NCBI GenBank assembly: GCA_035574035.1
Contig: DATLZL010000429.1
Location: forward strand, 1 to 53,979
DNA from: Candidatus Binatia bacterium
GTDB taxonomy: Bacteria > Methylomirabilota > Methylomirabilia > Rokubacteriales > CSP1-6
DNA length: 53,979 nt
Reading direction: 5' to 3'
In this document: in pieces, positions 51,215 to 53,979 of the stretch
Layout of the letters: each line of letters begins with the position of its first letter
Numbering within the stretch: the first letter of the stretch is position 1
Translations under genes and position numbers: made by a program
The notes under the pieces: model-generated
Told to the model about the DNA's origin: nothing
The model's database searches: none
Seen by the model: only the letters and a program-made list of their open reading frames with translations

Positions 51215-51392
51215 GACGCACCTCGAGCACGTGGGGCACCGCCGCGATCATCCCCCGGATCGCCGGTGTGTCTTCGTGCGCGACGGTCTGGTTGATCCGG
51301 CGCAGGCCCAGCGCCTTGACCGTCGCCTCCTGCTTGGGCGACAACCCGATCAGGCTCCGCACGAGCCTCACCTTAAGCTTCCGGCTTGCCAC
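51204..51392 (-). CDS. rpmD: 50S ribosomal protein L30
   Basis: [33 protein letters not shown]...DTPAIRGMI is canonical L30. Confidence 0.93.
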   Translation of the reverse strand: MASRKLKVRLVRSLIGLSPKQEATVKALGLRRINQTVAHEDTPAIRGMIAAVPHVLEVRHEA

Positions 51393-51909
51393 CTGCGGCC
51401 TCCTCGGCGCCGCCGGCTCCGTCGGTGCGCTTGCGCGCCGCGTGCAGGTCCTGCAGCCGCTTGATCCGGCGGAGAGCGTCCATGGTCGCCTTGAGCACGT
51501 TGTGGGGGTTGTTGGAGCCCAGCGTCTTGGTCAGGATGTCCTGCACGCCGACCGCCTCCAGGACGGGCCGCACCGCACCGCCGGCGATGACTCCGGTACC
51601 CGGCACCGCCGGCTTGAGCAGCACCCGCCCGGCACCGAAGTGGCCCGTGATCTCGCACGGGATCGTGGTGTCCTTGAGCGGCACGAAGATCAGGTCCTTC
51701 TTGGCGTGCTCGACCGCCTTGCGGATGGCCTCCGGAACCTCGTGGGCCTTGCCCAGGCCGACGCCCACGTGGCCCCGGCCGTCGCCGACGACGACCAGCG
51801 CCGTGAACGAGAATCGCCGGCCGCCCTTGACCACCTTGGCCACTCGGTTGATGGTCACCACCCGGTCGCTGAGTTCCAGCACGCTGGGATCGATCTTCGT
51901 TACCGGCAC
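51373..51909 (-). CDS. rpsE: 30S ribosomal protein S5
   Basis: [48 protein letters not shown] is canonical S5. The start codon is GTG. Confidence 0.95.
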   Translation of the reverse strand: MPVTKIDPSVLELSDRVVTINRVAKVVKGGRRFSFTALVVVGDGRGHVGVGLGKAHEVPEAIRKAVEHAKKDLIFVPLKDTTIPCEITGHFGAGRVLLKPAVPGTGVIAGGAVRPVLEAVGVQDILTKTLGSNNPHNVLKATMDALRRIKRLQDLHAARKRTDGAGGAEEAAGGKPEA

Positions 51910-51936
51910 TCCCCTCTCCTTGACGCTCCCTCCGAC

Positions 51937-52302
51937 CTAGAACTGAAGGCCGCCGGCCCGCGCCGCCTCGGCCAGCGCCTTGACCCGGCCGTGGTACATG
52001 TAACCGCCCCGGTCGAACACCACCCGCTCGATGCCGGCCGCCCGGGCCCGCTGGGCCAGAAGCTCTCCGACGGCCCGCGCGGCCGCTACGTTGCCGCCCG
52101 AGCCGTGCCGCTGGCGAAACTCCTTGCTTCGGCTGTCGGCGGCGACCAGCGTCCGGCCCGTGTCGTCGTCGATGAGCTGGGCGGAGATGTGCTTGAGGCT
52201 GCGGAAGACGGCCAGCCGCGGCCGGCTGGCCGAGCCGCGCACACGGCGGCGCAGCCGGGCGTGACGGAGGTCCCGAGCGGCCCGACGGTCCTTGGTGATC
52301 AC
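51937..52302 (-). CDS. rplR: 50S ribosomal protein L18
   Basis: [34 protein letters not shown]...[25 protein letters not shown] is canonical L18. Confidence 0.95.
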   Translation of the reverse strand: MITKDRRAARDLRHARLRRRVRGSASRPRLAVFRSLKHISAQLIDDDTGRTLVAADSRSKEFRQRHGSGGNVAAARAVGELLAQRARAAGIERVVFDRGGYMYHGRVKALAEAARAGGLQF

Positions 52303-52841
52303 TTGGCGCCCGCCTTCTTGCCCACCTTCCGGCGGATGGTCTCCTCGACGTACTTCACGCCCTTGCCCTTGTAGGGATCCGGCTTGCGCAGGGCCCGCAG
52401 CCGCGCCGCCGTCTGGCCGAGCAATGCCTTGTCCGGCCCACGGAGGGTGATGAGCGTCTGCCGCTCGACCTCGGCCGTGATGCCCTCGGGCAGGGGAAAG
52501 ATCACCGGATGGGAGTACCCGAGGGACAGCTGGATCGCTCGGCCCTGCATCTGCGCCCGGTAGCCGATGCCGACGATCTCCAGCTTCCGCTCGAAGCCGT
52601 CCTTGACCCCGGTCACCATGTTGGCCAGGAGGGCCCGGGTCAGCCCGTGCAGGGCCCGGAGCGACCGGTGGTCGCCCTGGCGGCTCACGACCAGCGCGTT
52701 GTTCTCCACCCGCGCCGCCAGCCCGGGCGGGATGGGCTGCACCAGCTTGCCCTTGGGCCCCTCGGCCCGGACGACGCCGTTGTCGACCTGGACCTTGACG
52801 CCGGTCGGGATCTCGATGGGTTTCTTGCCGATGCGTGACAT
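52299..52841 (-). CDS. rplF: 50S ribosomal protein L6
   Basis: [17 protein letters not shown]......GPKG.L...GYSHPV...PEG... is canonical L6. Confidence 0.95.
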   Translation of the reverse strand: MSRIGKKPIEIPTGVKVQVDNGVVRAEGPKGKLVQPIPPGLAARVENNALVVSRQGDHRSLRALHGLTRALLANMVTGVKDGFERKLEIVGIGYRAQMQGRAIQLSLGYSHPVIFPLPEGITAEVERQTLITLRGPDKALLGQTAARLRALRKPDPYKGKGVKYVEETIRRKVGKKAGAK

Positions 52842-52850
52842 CTCAGCCCC

Positions 52851-53246
52851 TCACCACACGTACGCCAGGACCTCGCCGCCGACCTTCTGCTGGCGGGCCT
52901 CCCGATCGGTGAGCACGCCCCGGGAGGTGGACACGATGGCGACGCCCATGCCGCCCAGGATGGTGGGGATCCGGTCGTGGGTCACGTACACCCGCCGGCC
53001 GGGCGTCGAGACCCGCACGAGGCCCGAGATCAGCTTCTCGTTACCGGGCCCGTACTTGAGGTAGACCCGCAGCGTCCCCTGCCGATGGTCGTCCAGGACC
53101 CGGTAGTTCTTGATGAAGCCCTCGTTCTTGAGGATCTCGGCCATCCGCACCTTGAGCCGGGAGGCGGGGATATCGACCTTCTCGTGCTCGGCCCGGCTAG
53201 CGTTCCGGATGCGGGTCAGGAAGTCGGCGATGGGATCGCTACGCAT
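52851..53246 (-). CDS. rpsH: 30S ribosomal protein S8
   Basis: [13 protein letters not shown]......[16 protein letters not shown]......GGEVLAYVW is canonical S8. Confidence 0.95.
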   Translation of the reverse strand: MRSDPIADFLTRIRNASRAEHEKVDIPASRLKVRMAEILKNEGFIKNYRVLDDHRQGTLRVYLKYGPGNEKLISGLVRVSTPGRRVYVTHDRIPTILGGMGVAIVSTSRGVLTDREARQQKVGGEVLAYVW

Positions 53247-53249
53247 CGC

Positions 53250-53435
53250 TCACCAGCTCGCCTTGACCACGCCCGGGACCTCGCCCTTGAGCGCGAGCTC
53301 CCGGAAGCACAGACGGCACATCTGGAACTTCCGCAGATACCCGCGCGGGCGCCCGCAGAGACGGCAGCGGTGGTAGGCGCGCGTCCGGAACTTCGGCGGG
53401 CGCTGGGCTTTCATGATGAGCGCGGTCTTGGCCAT
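53250..53435 (-). CDS. rpsZ: 30S ribosomal protein S14 type Z (zinc-binding, 61 aa)
   Basis: [61 protein letters not shown] carries CxxC...CxxC. Confidence 0.95.
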   Translation of the reverse strand: MAKTALIMKAQRPPKFRTRAYHRCRLCGRPRGYLRKFQMCRLCFRELALKGEVPGVVKASW

Positions 53436-53439
53436 GCGA

Positions 53440-53979
53440 CTACTCCCTGAACGGCATGCCGAGGTGGGCCAGCAGGGCCCGGGCTTCCTCGTCGGTCCTG
53501 GCGGTCGTCACGATGTTGATGTCCATGCCCCGAACCTTGTCGACCTTGTCGTACACGATCTCCGGAAAGATGAGCTGTTCGCGCAGGCCCAGCGCGTAGT
53601 TGCCCCGCCCGTCGAACCCCTTGGCCGGCACGCCCTTGAAGTCCCGCACCCGGGGCAGGGCGATGTTGATGAGCCGGTCCAGGAACTCGTACATGCGGGC
53701 GCCGCGGAGCGTCACCTTCGCCCCGATCGGGACCCCGGCCCGCAGCTTGAAGTTCGCGATCGACTTCTTGGCCCGGGTGACGATCGGCTTCTGGCCGGAG
53801 ATGGCGGCCAGGTCGGCGGTGGCGAAGTCCATCACCTTGGCGTTGTCGCGCGCCTCGCCCACCCCCATGTTGATCACGATCTTCTCCAGGCGCGGGACCT
53901 GGAAGGGATTGCGGTAACCGCGCTCCTTCATCAGCGCGGGCACCACCTGGGTGCGGTAGCGCTCGCGCAGCCGGGGCGG
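53440..53979 (-). CDS. rplE: 50S ribosomal protein L5 (N-terminus runs off the window end)
   Basis: The reading frame is open to the window edge. ...[42 protein letters not shown]...[10 protein letters not shown] is canonical L5. Confidence 0.93.
   Translation of the reverse strand, partial: PPRLRERYRTQVVPALMKERGYRNPFQVPRLEKIVINMGVGEARDNAKVMDFATADLAAISGQKPIVTRAKKSIANFKLRAGVPIGAKVTLRGARMYEFLDRLINIALPRVRDFKGVPAKGFDGRGNYALGLREQLIFPEIVYDKVDKVRGMDINIVTTARTDEEARALLAHLGMPFRE

Overview
The window is a visibly GC-rich (not computed), densely coding bacterial chromosomal segment from a diderm organism. The lineage is not determinable from sequence alone. I saw no rRNA, tRNA, CRISPR array, transposase or integrase.

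Gene content, left to right:
(1) A type IV pilus (T4P) locus at 1-13.9 kb. It reads pilS fragment, pilR, sigma-54 promoter, pilA, a GT-C/TPR membrane protein, pilD, a second sigma-54 promoter, four minor pilins (H/I/J/K-like), a TPR plus beta-sandwich lipoprotein, then pilMNOPQ.
(2) aroC-aroB, followed by a TPR protein and efp-accB-accC-thiE.
(3) A Liv-type ABC transporter, followed by a translationally coupled MaoC / ornithine-cyclodeaminase-family / MOSC / FAD-oxidoreductase / fused TRAP permease module. A convergent TAXI receptor plus DUF1850 pair and hydantoinase hyuA-hyuB follow.
(4) A deleted AI-2E-type permease remnant, a DUF6335-like ORF, an orphan sigma-54 activator with a GAFSGA loop, trxA, trpE-trpG-thiL, two tandem CNNM/CorC genes and a dienelactone hydrolase.
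(5) On the minus strand, the canonical spc/alpha ribosomal cluster from L5 (partial) through secY-adk-map-infA to rpoA-L17.

I found no self-evident novel system such as a defence island. The most interesting candidates are:
- the TMTC-like GT-C/TPR gene between pilA and pilD, a possible pilin glycosyltransferase;
- the non-canonical lipoprotein sitting where a secretin pilotin would be expected;
- the coupled catabolic and transport module at 25-35.5 kb, whose substrate is unknown.

Many very long antisense or alternative-frame ORFs in the supplied track look like GC-driven artefacts, and I rejected them.
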